Source of the DNA: a virus
Taxonomy: Duplodnaviria; Caudoviricetes
Strand: one strand, 5' to 3'
Virus record (IMG/VR): IMGVR_UViG_3300049009_000104
Location: 1 to 31,581 of that record
DNA length: 31,581 nucleotides
The notes beneath the pieces were generated by a model. It was not told the origin of the DNA. It was given only the letters and a program-made list of their open reading frames with translations, and made no database searches. The stretch's first letter is position 1. The number at the start of each line of letters is the position of its first letter. The position numbers were made by a program, and so were the translations under genes. Positions 7,118-15,340 of this stretch are shown piece after piece.

Positions 7118-8693
7118 TGATTGCTCCTGCTATTTGATCTTGTTGCAACATACCTAAAAGCTCTTGATCACTTTGTGAGTTCTGTTGTTGTTGTGCTACC
7201 TGTTGCATTTGTTCCATCATGGCCTTGCGTTCTTCTGCATTTGCTCTAACCGCTGCTGGTACGCCAAGCTTGTCAGCAATATAGTCAATTGCCGCTCCAG
7301 CCTTAATTGCCATCTGACCTTCTGGGCCAAGACCTTGGGCAATCTGCATAAACTGGATGATGTTATTGATCTCATCCAAGTTCTGTGCCATTGCCAATGG
7401 GCTGACTGGGCTAACCTTGACTTCCAATCCATTGACTTTTAAGGGAAGATCGATGATGCCATCCCTGTCCATGACTTCTAGGATCTTGGTTACCAATGGG
7501 ATCATGGTTTCATTGACCAATCGACCAAAGGCTGAACCCAAGTTCTGAGCAAGCTCCTTCATGCGCTCGACAACCTCTGTGGCTGATCTAGCACTCATGT
7601 TGTCAGGCGGCAAAGACTCGTCCAGCAATGTGCGTTTGATAGATGCAACTAAGTCATTGATCACAATCTGGCTGACATTGAAGTCACCAGCACGAGGCAA
7701 AGGCTTGAGCGCCTCACCCTGTGGCCCACCATTACGAGCAACTGGGATGATTGCGCCAGGCACGATCTTCACATTGGCTGGATTCAACACACCATCGTCT
7801 GCCGCTGTATATACACCAGTGATTGCCAATGAAGCATTCTTGAGCAAAAGCTCTTTGGTTTTGTTTAGCGTCTTGATGTCTGGCAAAGCAGTAAGCACAG
7901 GCCCACGACCATAGATTTCGCCAGCCACCTTCATGTAACGACTGACAACCCATGGGCTTGACTTGAGCTTGCGGTAAACAAGTTCTTGTTTGCTCTTCTT
8001 GTCAATTACATAGTAGCTAAAGTCACCACGGTCAATGTTAAAGATGGTGGCTTCAACAAGGTCAATCTCTTCTGTTGGCTTGTCGCTGATGCGCTGTTGC
8101 AAATCGACTGGTATCTTGGCATCTTTCCATTGCAATTGAATGGATTCACCCTTGATACGCATATTGCGGTAGACATTGTCAACTTGACCATTTGCACCTT
8201 CTTCAAAGCTGACCAAGTACTGTGGAACAGGAATAAAATTGATGGGAGATGTTGCATCGCCAGGCTGAACCAACATGACAGCCGTACCAACAGACAAGTC
8301 CAGCAAGAACTCACCCATGGCAATGTCAAAATTGGACTGCTTTAGGACAGCAAACAGCTTTTCGTTGTACAGATCCAGCACTCGCTGGGCTTCTGATCTG
8401 CGATTAACTGGTATGTCAGTGCCTGGCTCCAAACGACACCATTTGCGCTGAGGCGGGAAGATGCCAGACTGCAAACGGTTGGCAAATCGCTGGGTAGAGT
8501 TAATGGCAGTCGAGTCAAAGACACGAGTCATCTTCTTTTTACCACCTACACGACCTTCATAATCACCACCGTACAAGTTGCGCTGTGGCAAAGCAAACTC
8601 CATTGCGTCTTCATACAAAGACTTGAAATCGTCCTTTTTGTTCTGAGCAATCTTTTGTCTTTCAAGGACTTGCTCTGTGGTCATTTTTGCCAT
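7110..8693 (-). CDS. Portal (head-tail connector, T7 gp8-like)
   Basis: VFDSTAINS...FANRLQSG, GEIYGRGP...ALPDIKTLN, RSATEVVER motifs; likely start MAKMTTEQ at 8693 (track starts at 8729). Confidence 0.92.
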   Translation of the reverse strand: MAKMTTEQVLERQKIAQNKKDDFKSLYEDAMEFALPQRNLYGGDYEGRVGGKKKMTRVFDSTAINSTQRFANRLQSGIFPPQRKWCRLEPGTDIPVNRRSEAQRVLDLYNEKLFAVLKQSNFDIAMGEFLLDLSVGTAVMLVQPGDATSPINFIPVPQYLVSFEEGANGQVDNVYRNMRIKGESIQLQWKDAKIPVDLQQRISDKPTEEIDLVEATIFNIDRGDFSYYVIDKKSKQELVYRKLKSSPWVVSRYMKVAGEIYGRGPVLTALPDIKTLNKTKELLLKNASLAITGVYTAADDGVLNPANVKIVPGAIIPVARNGGPQGEALKPLPRAGDFNVSQIVINDLVASIKRTLLDESLPPDNMSARSATEVVERMKELAQNLGSAFGRLVNETMIPLVTKILEVMDRDGIIDLPLKVNGLEVKVSPVSPLAMAQNLDEINNIIQFMQIAQGLGPEGQMAIKAGAAIDYIADKLGVPAAVRANAEERKAMMEQMQQVAQQQQNSQSDQELLGMLQQDQIAGAINA

Positions 8694-8694
8694 A

Positions 8695-8856
8695 TCAATT
8701 TTTCTTTCTTGCCGCTGCCATGTTGTCAATGAGGTTTGGGTATGGGCGACCAGCTTTCTTGGCGCTTGCTTTTGCTGATGCTTTTTCAGAAGATGAGAGT
8801 GGTTTTGATTCGCCTAAACTTTTTGGTCTAGCTTTGTTCCATATTTTTTTATTCAT
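8695..8856 (-). CDS. Small basic hypothetical protein
   Basis: MNKKIWNKARPK...AKKAGRPYPNLIDNM; Lys/Ala-rich. Confidence 0.6.
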   Translation of the reverse strand: MNKKIWNKARPKSLGESKPLSSSEKASAKASAKKAGRPYPNLIDNMAAARKKN

Positions 8857-8899
8857 ACTCATTACCATACTCCTTCTCTTGCTAAACAATGATTGGCAT

Positions 8900-9049
8900 T
8901 TACTTCTTTTTCATAGTGTTTGTTGCTGTGCGTTGACCACGCATTGGCAAGGGCTTAGAAGCCACGTTTTTTTCTGTGGACTTCTCTTTATAGCCACGCA
9001 TTGTCTTAGCCACTTTGGATTGCATCTTGGCTTTCATGTCTGTATGCAT
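8900..9049 (-). CDS. Small basic hypothetical protein (49 aa)
   Basis: Manual ORF MHTDMKAKMQSKVAKTMRGYKEK...MKKK; TAATG coupling to the upstream gene. Confidence 0.55.
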   Translation of the reverse strand: MHTDMKAKMQSKVAKTMRGYKEKSTEKNVASKPLPMRGQRTATNTMKKK

Positions 9050-9327
9050 TACATTCCCCCGCCAAGTTTAGTTGTTGTTGTATCTTGTCCTGACAAGCCA
9101 AGTTCAGACCCAGACAGCAAAGATCGCAAACCACCACCACGCCTAGCCCTCATAGCTGCTTGCGCTCTTAGAGCCAAATCAGTTTGTTGTTGATTTACTG
9201 CTGTTTCTTGTTTTGCTATTGTTTGTTGTTGAATAGCAATCTGTTGTTCTTGCGCTCTTTTTGCGGATTCTTGTACATCTGATTTTCCTGTAACCACAGA
9301 AACAAGTTTTTTTACTGTATTGCTCAC
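9049..9327 (-). CDS. Pre-portal small virion protein (positional analogue of T7 gp6.7/7.3)
   Basis: 92 aa; coiled coil followed by RRGGGLRSLLSG...TKLGG; SD AAGGAG. Confidence 0.55.
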   Translation of the reverse strand: MSNTVKKLVSVVTGKSDVQESAKRAQEQQIAIQQQTIAKQETAVNQQQTDLALRAQAAMRARRGGGLRSLLSGSELGLSGQDTTTTKLGGGM

Positions 9328-9348
9328 ATCTAACTCCTTTCAATAAAA

Positions 9349-9657
9349 TTATTTTTTTGGAACAGAAAAATATCTATTGCCATATTTTTTAATTTCAAAT
9401 CCACGCTCTTGTTCTGCATCAACTGCTTTTTGCCAAGTTTCATGGCTGCGACCTTTTAATATTTTGTAAGACTCTTTTGGTAAATCAAATTCTTTTTTTT
9501 CTTTTATGCTTGCTGGAGCTACAGAACCCCAATGACCAGCATTTTCACCAATTCCATCTGGCCCCATTCCTACCTTACGAGCGGTAGCATAGTCATAACT
9601 TTTACCTTCTGGATCAAAATCAAGATCTTTGCTAGTTTGAGCAACTACACCACTCAT
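9349..9657 (-). CDS. Hypothetical protein
   Basis: 102 aa, AT-rich; SD AGGAG. Confidence 0.65.
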   Translation of the reverse strand: MSGVVAQTSKDLDFDPEGKSYDYATARKVGMGPDGIGENAGHWGSVAPASIKEKKEFDLPKESYKILKGRSHETWQKAVDAEQERGFEIKKYGNRYFSVPKK

Positions 9658-9659
9658 TT

Positions 9660-10145
9660 TTAACTCCTTGACATCATAAAAAAATCAGATCCGTCAGCGC
9701 CATACTTTTTCATCAGACCCTCAATTTCAAAACCAAGGGCAAGACCCCAGCGCACCGCTCTCAAGTCAGCGCATCTTACTGTGATCTGCAAACGATGCAA
9801 ATTTCTTGATATCACAATGTAATCAGCATAGATCTGGGCGGCACGAGTCATGGTTTTCCCATATTTTCTAAGCCTTTCCTCGCAGTTGAGCCACATCTCT
9901 GCGACTCCTTCCCAAACATCTACAGCGCCAAAAACGGCAACAGGCTTGCTTTGTAATATCGCAGTGATAGCATGACCTTGATTGGCTTGGGCTTCAATAA
10001 GTTGAGCCAATGAACTGCTTTTTGGCAGGGTTTCCCTTATGGAAGGGTCAATTCTCAGGGTTTCTACATGGCCTGCATTGAATGGAACCCAAATTAACGG
10101 AGAATTTTTGGGTAAAAGTTCAAATATATCAAGCGAATACATCAA
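9660..10145 (-). CDS. GNAT-fold acetyltransferase-like protein
   Basis: WEGVAEMW...LHRLQITVR...AVRWGLALGFEIEGLMKKYG GNAT signature; start uncertain. Confidence 0.75.
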   Translation of the reverse strand: MMYSLDIFELLPKNSPLIWVPFNAGHVETLRIDPSIRETLPKSSSLAQLIEAQANQGHAITAILQSKPVAVFGAVDVWEGVAEMWLNCEERLRKYGKTMTRAAQIYADYIVISRNLHRLQITVRCADLRAVRWGLALGFEIEGLMKKYGADGSDFFMMSRS

Positions 10146-11661
10146 AATCTGCGGCTGTAACTGAGGACGCTATGTAGATCTTGCCATTGGATAGCTGAGA
10201 TCCTCTGGTTAACTGGCGATATTCACCGCCACCAGTCATCAAATAGCCAAAAGCGTCACCAACGTGGCTATGCTCATTCTTATTTGGGCTATCTCGGAAC
10301 CTTTCATGCCCAGCACCGACTGCAATACGCTTGAAATGGTATCCACCAGACAGGGATTTCCGCAATAACTTGCAAGATTTGTTGACCAACAGGCCAGGCT
10401 TGCCTGAAACCATGCGATTCATGGGAGCGGCTGCGGCTTCCCTACGAGCTTTGAAGTCGTTAGTTGCTGTTGGCTCTGCTCTGAGTCCAAGTGAGCGCAG
10501 ATATTCAAATGCCGTTGTCTCATAGATGGCATCTCTTTGCATACCAGCAGGGTCACCCCATATTTTTACTTCATATTTAGGGAACTTGGTTTGCAATTCA
10601 GCCATCAAAGTCTGACCAAACCGCTCCAACCCCATGTCAAAGGTAACGATTTCGTGCAAAACACGCCACTGTCCATTGTTCATGCGCTGTCCAAAGACAG
10701 CGGCTGGGGTCAAACCAAAGTCAAGTCCGACCTGAATAGGGTAATTTGGATCAGGCTCTAAGTCAGCAGCCATGATGTTGTCGTCATACTCATGCCAAAC
10801 CGACTTACCATCCTGCACAAAGGTATATTTACCCTCAGCATAACAGCGGATCCAGTCTAGGGTTTTCCCTGCCAACTGTTGTAGGTAGTAGCCAGGCGGT
10901 AAATTCTTAATGTTCTCAGCCTTGGAATTAATCTTCCACCATTTGGCTGATGCAAAGATATGATCGTTGGCTTCTGGGTTTTCGGGTAAATCTTCTGATG
11001 GAACTTCGATTACCCCGCCTGGCTGTTTGAAGAACTTCCATGCGTACTTGCCTGTGATGGGTTCTTTCTCTGCAAGCTTGTGCCACCAATGGTCATCATC
11101 CATTGGGTTAGTGTCCATCCATATTCCATGCCATGTGGCTCCACCATCTCTTTTTGTAGGATAACGTCCAACTCGATGGGTAAGGCCGTCAATGACTGCT
11201 TTTGGTAATTCTTTGGCTTCGTTAACCCAAGCACCTGTGAGTTCAAGCGAAAGCAATTTACGGACATCTTTAGGCTGGTCAAGAGCCAAAAATATAACCT
11301 CACAATCAATCCCCGCTGCATCACCTCTGGGTGGTAACTTAATGTGATGCGTAATTGGTGGCGTGTGCAGGATTGGGCCATATACATTCTCTGGAAAAAG
11401 GTCTGCCCAAGTCTTGAGCGTGGTGGTCTTGAGTTCAGGGTAGCTGTTACGCACAATGACAAAGCGGCTGTACCTGATGCCGTCCACAGGGGATGGCTTT
11501 TGTTGCACTGCACGAATCATTATCTTGGCGGCACAGACATAGGACTTGCCAGATCCGACTGGCCCCATAAGTCCAGTGACAAAGGATTTGTCCTGCAAGA
11601 ACTTAAATGCAGTCGGTGAAGACCGCAAGTCAATATTGATACCAGCGATTTGATCAGACAT
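10129..11661 (-). CDS. terL: Terminase large subunit
   Basis: Walker A GPVGSGKS, Walker B-like GAWVNE, coupling motif DTNP, nuclease GLDFG and HSHVGDA. Confidence 0.95.
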   Translation of the reverse strand: MSDQIAGINIDLRSSPTAFKFLQDKSFVTGLMGPVGSGKSYVCAAKIMIRAVQQKPSPVDGIRYSRFVIVRNSYPELKTTTLKTWADLFPENVYGPILHTPPITHHIKLPPRGDAAGIDCEVIFLALDQPKDVRKLLSLELTGAWVNEAKELPKAVIDGLTHRVGRYPTKRDGGATWHGIWMDTNPMDDDHWWHKLAEKEPITGKYAWKFFKQPGGVIEVPSEDLPENPEANDHIFASAKWWKINSKAENIKNLPPGYYLQQLAGKTLDWIRCYAEGKYTFVQDGKSVWHEYDDNIMAADLEPDPNYPIQVGLDFGLTPAAVFGQRMNNGQWRVLHEIVTFDMGLERFGQTLMAELQTKFPKYEVKIWGDPAGMQRDAIYETTAFEYLRSLGLRAEPTATNDFKARREAAAAPMNRMVSGKPGLLVNKSCKLLRKSLSGGYHFKRIAVGAGHERFRDSPNKNEHSHVGDAFGYLMTGGGEYRQLTRGSQLSNGKIYIASSVTAADFDVFA

Positions 11662-12082
11662 CTTGTACGTCAGGTGATTGAATGGTTACTCCAATAACAG
11701 ACGGCTTTTGTCCATCATCAGGAGTGTCGAGTAAACCAGATGCTTTTGCCAGTATTCGCAGTACTTGAACCTTGTCAAACAGTTCAATATCTATGGTGGC
11801 ATTGCCTTCTTTGTCTACACGCTGGCTGATCTTTTTTATAGATTGCAGTGCGTGTTCAGGAATCTTAGAACTGGCTTTGACCCTCACATTACCAGAGTCA
11901 TCCCACTCCATGATGTCGGTGATCTTGGTGTTTGCCATGGTGAGCAGGCTATAAGCCACTGCTTCACGGTTGGCAACAATGGTCTGCGAGCGTTCAATGC
12001 GCTGGACAACATTACGCACACCTCCCCATCCACGCACGGAGGGGTAAGTGCCGTTATTCTTTTTCTCAACCTTGTCGTTCAT
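11654..12082 (-). CDS. terS: Terminase small subunit
   Basis: Directly upstream of terL; IDIELFDKVQVLRILAK motif; ATG overlaps the upstream stop (TGATG). Confidence 0.8.
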   Translation of the reverse strand: MNDKVEKKNNGTYPSVRGWGGVRNVVQRIERSQTIVANREAVAYSLLTMANTKITDIMEWDDSGNVRVKASSKIPEHALQSIKKISQRVDKEGNATIDIELFDKVQVLRILAKASGLLDTPDDGQKPSVIGVTIQSPDVQDV

Positions 12083-12231
12083 CAATAGCAGTTGGTGTTG
12101 CAGTTATTGCCATAACAGCAAGTTGTGCAAGTGACGTACTTACCATTCTGATAGTAGGTATGAGTCACACAAGATGCCCATACAGTCAAAGAAGAGGCAG
12201 CGATCCATATGCCGATTAAAGCTTTTTTCAT
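12082..12231 (-). CDS. Secreted cysteine-rich mini-protein (49 aa)
   Basis: Manual ORF MKKALIGIWIAASSLTVWA-SCVTHTYYQNGKYVTCTTCCYGNNCNTNCY; SD AGGAG; coupled to terS. Confidence 0.75.
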   Translation of the reverse strand: MKKALIGIWIAASSLTVWASCVTHTYYQNGKYVTCTTCCYGNNCNTNCY

Positions 12232-12246
12232 GTGAGTCTCCTGAGA

Positions 12247-12528
12247 TTAAAAGGGAATGTCATCATCCATGTCAGCAAAGCTCTTAGATACAGGTTTCTG
12301 TACGAGAGCAGGCTTCTTGGATTCATAACTGCCAGATTGTTGTTCAACAGGAGCGCCAAGCTTCAAGCTGAAATAGACGTTGCCAGTCTTATCATCCACA
12401 TTGCGCCATGCTGATAACCAGAACTGTTGACCAGATTGGTCTGTCCACTTACCTGTTAGATCAGGATGTGAGTCTTTTTCTTTGCGGGGATTCTTTCGCA
12501 GGTTCCCACCTGCTTTAGCAGCTTCCAT
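12247..12528 (-). CDS. Small ssDNA-binding-like protein with acidic DDDIPF tail
   Basis: 93 aa; PDLTGK...FWLSAW...YFSLKL core and SSB-type C-terminal tip; SD AAGGAG. Confidence 0.7.
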   Translation of the reverse strand: MEAAKAGGNLRKNPRKEKDSHPDLTGKWTDQSGQQFWLSAWRNVDDKTGNVYFSLKLGAPVEQQSGSYESKKPALVQKPVSKSFADMDDDIPF

Positions 12529-12557
12529 CTGTTATCTCCTTTTTGAAGTGCAATTTA

Positions 12558-12606
12558 ATGCTATCACGATAAAGACATTGCACACAACTATTATTTGTGG
12601 CATAGT
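12558..12606. promoter_or_regulatory. Overlapping divergent promoters (minus: ssb-terS operon; plus: ncRNA candidate)
   Basis: Minus TGa-TAGCAT (12558-12563); plus TTGCAC-N17-CATAGT with extended -10 (12578-12606). Confidence 0.5.
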
Positions 12607-12611
12607 TCAGT

Positions 12612-12797
12612 TGGGGCCATCACTCAGCCCTCCAAAAGGCAGGCAGCTTACCAATTGGGATAAACGTACCGCATCCATCAGGACTTCCAGTAGCACGAGC
12701 GAACAGGGCCATACAGGTGGAGCCAACAACTAACAATCGTTGGTCAGGTTAGATAAACAAGGTGCTGCATCTCTAACGAGATCTAATCACTTTTTTT
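12612..12797 (+). ncRNA. Candidate structured ncRNA (~185 nt)
   Basis: Plus-strand promoter upstream, several hairpins including two GAT-AAAC...GC-ATC stem-loops, ends in a T7 run. Confidence 0.35.
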
Positions 12798-12830
12798 AGT
12801 GAGTGCCATAGTTCGTCCACCATCTAGGTT

Positions 12831-12864
12831 TTGTCCACAGGACAATAAATGCCATTTGTCCACA
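12831..12864 (+). promoter_or_regulatory. Two DnaA-box-like nonamers (TTGTCCACA); possible origin
   Basis: TTGTCCACA at 12831 and 12856, 8/9 match to TTATCCACA, downstream of an HTH initiator-like gene. Confidence 0.4.
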
Positions 12865-13089
12865 AGAAATTAATAGCATCCAGCAACTAGCTACCAAGCT
12901 GATTATTAGAAAAAAATTGTGTGAGATACCCCTACGGTAAGGTGGGGGGTCGGGGGGGCAAAGGGTCGATTCTAAGCTGGAAGTATTACAAGCAGCTGTA
13001 AGCCTATCCCCTGCCATACCGAGCAGAATTGAAGTAATACCTGCTTTATACAATGTCCATTATGTTAACTAATCAGCGAGTAGTAGCAA

Positions 13090-13734
13090 TTAAGTTAACA
13101 TTCTAGCCAGCACCTGCTCGATGTCAGCCACTGTCGCTGCAGGCCCTGCCTGCTGCTGCGCTGCCGCGAATATCTCAGCACCTACTGCTTTGCTTAGTTG
13201 CTCAATTGTCATTTCATCTATAGTCTGTTGACTATCTGCCTGCTTCAGATTACTAACCCGCTGGTCAGTTACTTTATCTGCTTTGCGTTTTCCCATGGTT
13301 TCCCCCTTTGCCCCTGTAGGCTGTTGATTTTCTTGCATATATGGCGCTGTTTCACCTGTAATCCCTATGATGTCAGCAAGGCTTAGATCTGCCTTGTATA
13401 TGACCTGCCTTGTATGCGCTCGTTCACCCTTAAAACCGTAATAAATGACCTTTACATATCCTGCTTTGATCAAAGCCCTGGTATGCACTGCTGCCCTGTT
13501 TAGGCTGATTTTGAAATGATCTGCTATCCTTTGCAGGCCCACCCAGGTCAACCCTGCCCTGTTGCTGTAAGCACAGAGCATAAGCAGTACCCTTAGCTGC
13601 ATTTCAGTTATTGATCTGTCAGTGATAGCCCTAAACGGAACCACAGCGAAATGACGCAGATCTGGCTGCTTTTCTTTTTGCTTGATCCGTGGCTTTTTGG
13701 GCAGGTTTATAGGTACTGGCTGCATGGCCTGCAT
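13090..13734 (-). CDS. Winged-HTH protein, putative replication initiator
   Basis: FAVVPFRAITDRSITEMQLRVLLMLCAYSNRAGLTWVGLQRIADHF...ALIKAGYV, typical of phage HTH initiator N-termini. Confidence 0.6.
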   Translation of the reverse strand: MQAMQPVPINLPKKPRIKQKEKQPDLRHFAVVPFRAITDRSITEMQLRVLLMLCAYSNRAGLTWVGLQRIADHFKISLNRAAVHTRALIKAGYVKVIYYGFKGERAHTRQVIYKADLSLADIIGITGETAPYMQENQQPTGAKGETMGKRKADKVTDQRVSNLKQADSQQTIDEMTIEQLSKAVGAEIFAAAQQQAGPAATVADIEQVLARMLT

Positions 13735-13747
13735 TGTAAGCAGGCAT

Positions 13748-13770
13748 AAAAAAGCCCCATTAAAGGGGCT
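13748..13770 (-). terminator. Rho-independent terminator of the early small-gene operon
   Basis: AGCCCC-UUUAAU-GGGGCU followed by U5. Confidence 0.8.
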
Positions 13771-13789
13771 GTAAAGGGTTTATCTGCTG

Positions 13790-14002
13790 TCAGTGTCTAT
13801 CTGCGCCATGGTTAGCCAGTCGCTGGGCTGCTCTGATCTTACGCACTGCTGCGCTGACTGTTGACTGTCTACAATCTACTAGGGCTGCTGCATTTTGCTG
13901 GGTACGATTAAACACAATGCATAACTTAGCAGATAGCCAGGCCTTACTGCCAGGCCTTAATCTAGCCAGTACTGCTAGGGCTTCAAATTGATCAAACTGC
14001 AT
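13790..14002 (-). CDS. Small HTH transcriptional regulator (TrfB/KorA-like)
   Basis: 70 aa; QFEAL...TQQNAAALVDCRQSTVSAAVRK HTH pattern. Confidence 0.55.
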   Translation of the reverse strand: MQFDQFEALAVLARLRPGSKAWLSAKLCIVFNRTQQNAAALVDCRQSTVSAAVRKIRAAQRLANHGADRH

Positions 14003-14011
14003 AACAGCCCC

Positions 14012-14248
14012 TTAGATTGTGCAACAGCCACAGCAGGGTGAATCTATGCACCTGCCTGTTGCATTACGAGTAAACGTGCGATATCTGCCCTGATCGTTTA
14101 GGGTTATCGTGTTAACCCGACAATCCCCTGGCTCGCTAAACCATGCTTTTCTGCTGGCAGTGTCATAGGTTATCTGATCCCCTGGCCTGATCGCTGCCCC
14201 TGATATGGAGCAGGTTCCCTTGTACTTAGCTATCATGCTTTTTTGCAT
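14012..14248 (-). CDS. Cys-rich small early protein
   Basis: 78 aa; AKYKGTC..G..I..GDQI.Y and C-terminal GRCIDSPCCGCC. Confidence 0.7.
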   Translation of the reverse strand: MQKSMIAKYKGTCSISGAAIRPGDQITYDTASRKAWFSEPGDCRVNTITLNDQGRYRTFTRNATGRCIDSPCCGCCTI

Positions 14249-14249
14249 A

Positions 14250-14336
14250 TCAGTACCCCATTAAAAGAAAAACGATTAAGAAAACAGCAGCCACAATGCA
14301 GGCCAGTAGTACAGGTTTATCGGTTTTATCTATCAT
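14250..14336 (-). CDS. Single-TM mini-protein (28 aa)
   Basis: Manual ORF MIDKTDKPVLLACIVAAVFLIVFLLMGY; ATGA overlap; fills the gap exactly. Confidence 0.55.
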   Translation of the reverse strand: MIDKTDKPVLLACIVAAVFLIVFLLMGY

Positions 14337-15007
14337 GCTGCCACCTGCTTTAATTGGATAACCTTATGCATTTTCTTGCCATGGGCAGGATATGCAATAA
14401 CCTTAATCTTTTTATCCCAGCAGGCCCTGCAGCCACTACACTGGCCTGCATTCTCATAAGCCCTGCATAGTGTTACCCCTTTAGGCAGGCTGTCGCTGTC
14501 AGCCACAATAACCGATCCATGCAGCCCTTTTGTAAACTTCCCTTCTATGCTGTCACTGCTAAACCTAACCGATACATTCGACAATGCAGCCATGGCTGTT
14601 AAAACCTGCCTGAATTTAGGGAATTTATGCATCCTAGTAGGCAGCCAGTGCTTAACCCATGGTGTACGCTGCATAACTTCTAAGATCTTTTCAGCCAGTG
14701 CCAGGTTATAAATATCCCCACTGTCAAACCACCTGAAATAACTATCTTTTGCCAGTGCCTGTACCATGTCATCAGCCCAGTCTATGCGCTGCCAGTCTAT
14801 GCGGTTAAATTCCCTAGGGGCTTTAACATTCGGAAACCTGTAGTTTCCTGTAGTGGCATAGCAGCCCTTACAGGCATCTACTAAAACCCCTGGGCTTTCA
14901 ATACTGCCAGGGCAGGTATCCAATGCCTGCAGCGACCATGAGCGGATACCGTCTAACTTAGACGTTATGCTGATTTTTACTGCTGCTGCTGTTTTAGTGT
15001 GTTTCAT
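14333..15007 (-). CDS. Gp88-like putative Fe-S / radical-SAM-related protein
   Basis: 224 aa; CPGS...CKGCYA, FRWFDSGD, HWLPTR, C-terminal C-x8-CxxCxxC. Confidence 0.7.
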   Translation of the reverse strand: MKHTKTAAAVKISITSKLDGIRSWSLQALDTCPGSIESPGVLVDACKGCYATTGNYRFPNVKAPREFNRIDWQRIDWADDMVQALAKDSYFRWFDSGDIYNLALAEKILEVMQRTPWVKHWLPTRMHKFPKFRQVLTAMAALSNVSVRFSSDSIEGKFTKGLHGSVIVADSDSLPKGVTLCRAYENAGQCSGCRACWDKKIKVIAYPAHGKKMHKVIQLKQVAA

Positions 15008-15188
15008 TTTGAAATTCCAATAATGTTAGGGCTGCTTTTTTGCATAATTCGACCTGCTGCTCTGTTAAGCCCTGCGTTAACTGTATGGCTATCTGCGTGG
15101 CCTGCTGGGCTTTACTGTCGCTGGGCGCAGTGATAGCCAGTGCCAGGGCATTAACTAACATGGCCTGCTGCGTGTGTAAATAATTCAT
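14994..15188 (-). CDS. Hypothetical early protein
   Basis: 64 aa; LALAITAPS...VELCKKAA; ATGA overlap. Confidence 0.65.
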   Translation of the reverse strand: MNYLHTQQAMLVNALALAITAPSDSKAQQATQIAIQLTQGLTEQQVELCKKAALTLLEFQNETH

Positions 15189-15340
15189 GCTGAAACCCCC
15201 ATAATTAAACGTTTAAGATCTTTTATTGACCTGCCTGTCATATCTGACAATTCCCGCAGGGTAAGGTTTAGATGGCTGTCGTAATAATCGACAATTTCAG
15301 CATCAGTGCTGCTGTAATTAGGCTGTTTATCGTCATTCAT
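15185..15340 (-). CDS. Small HTH-like protein (51 aa)
   Basis: Manual ORF MNDDKQPNYSSTDAEIVDYYDSHLNLTLRELSDMTGRSIKDLKRLIMGVSA; ATGA overlaps at both ends. Confidence 0.65.
   Translation of the reverse strand: MNDDKQPNYSSTDAEIVDYYDSHLNLTLRELSDMTGRSIKDLKRLIMGVSA

Noticed and set aside
8882-8899. Mini-ORF MPIIV between two small genes
   Set aside because: Too short to support; might be a deletion remnant but cannot be shown from this sequence
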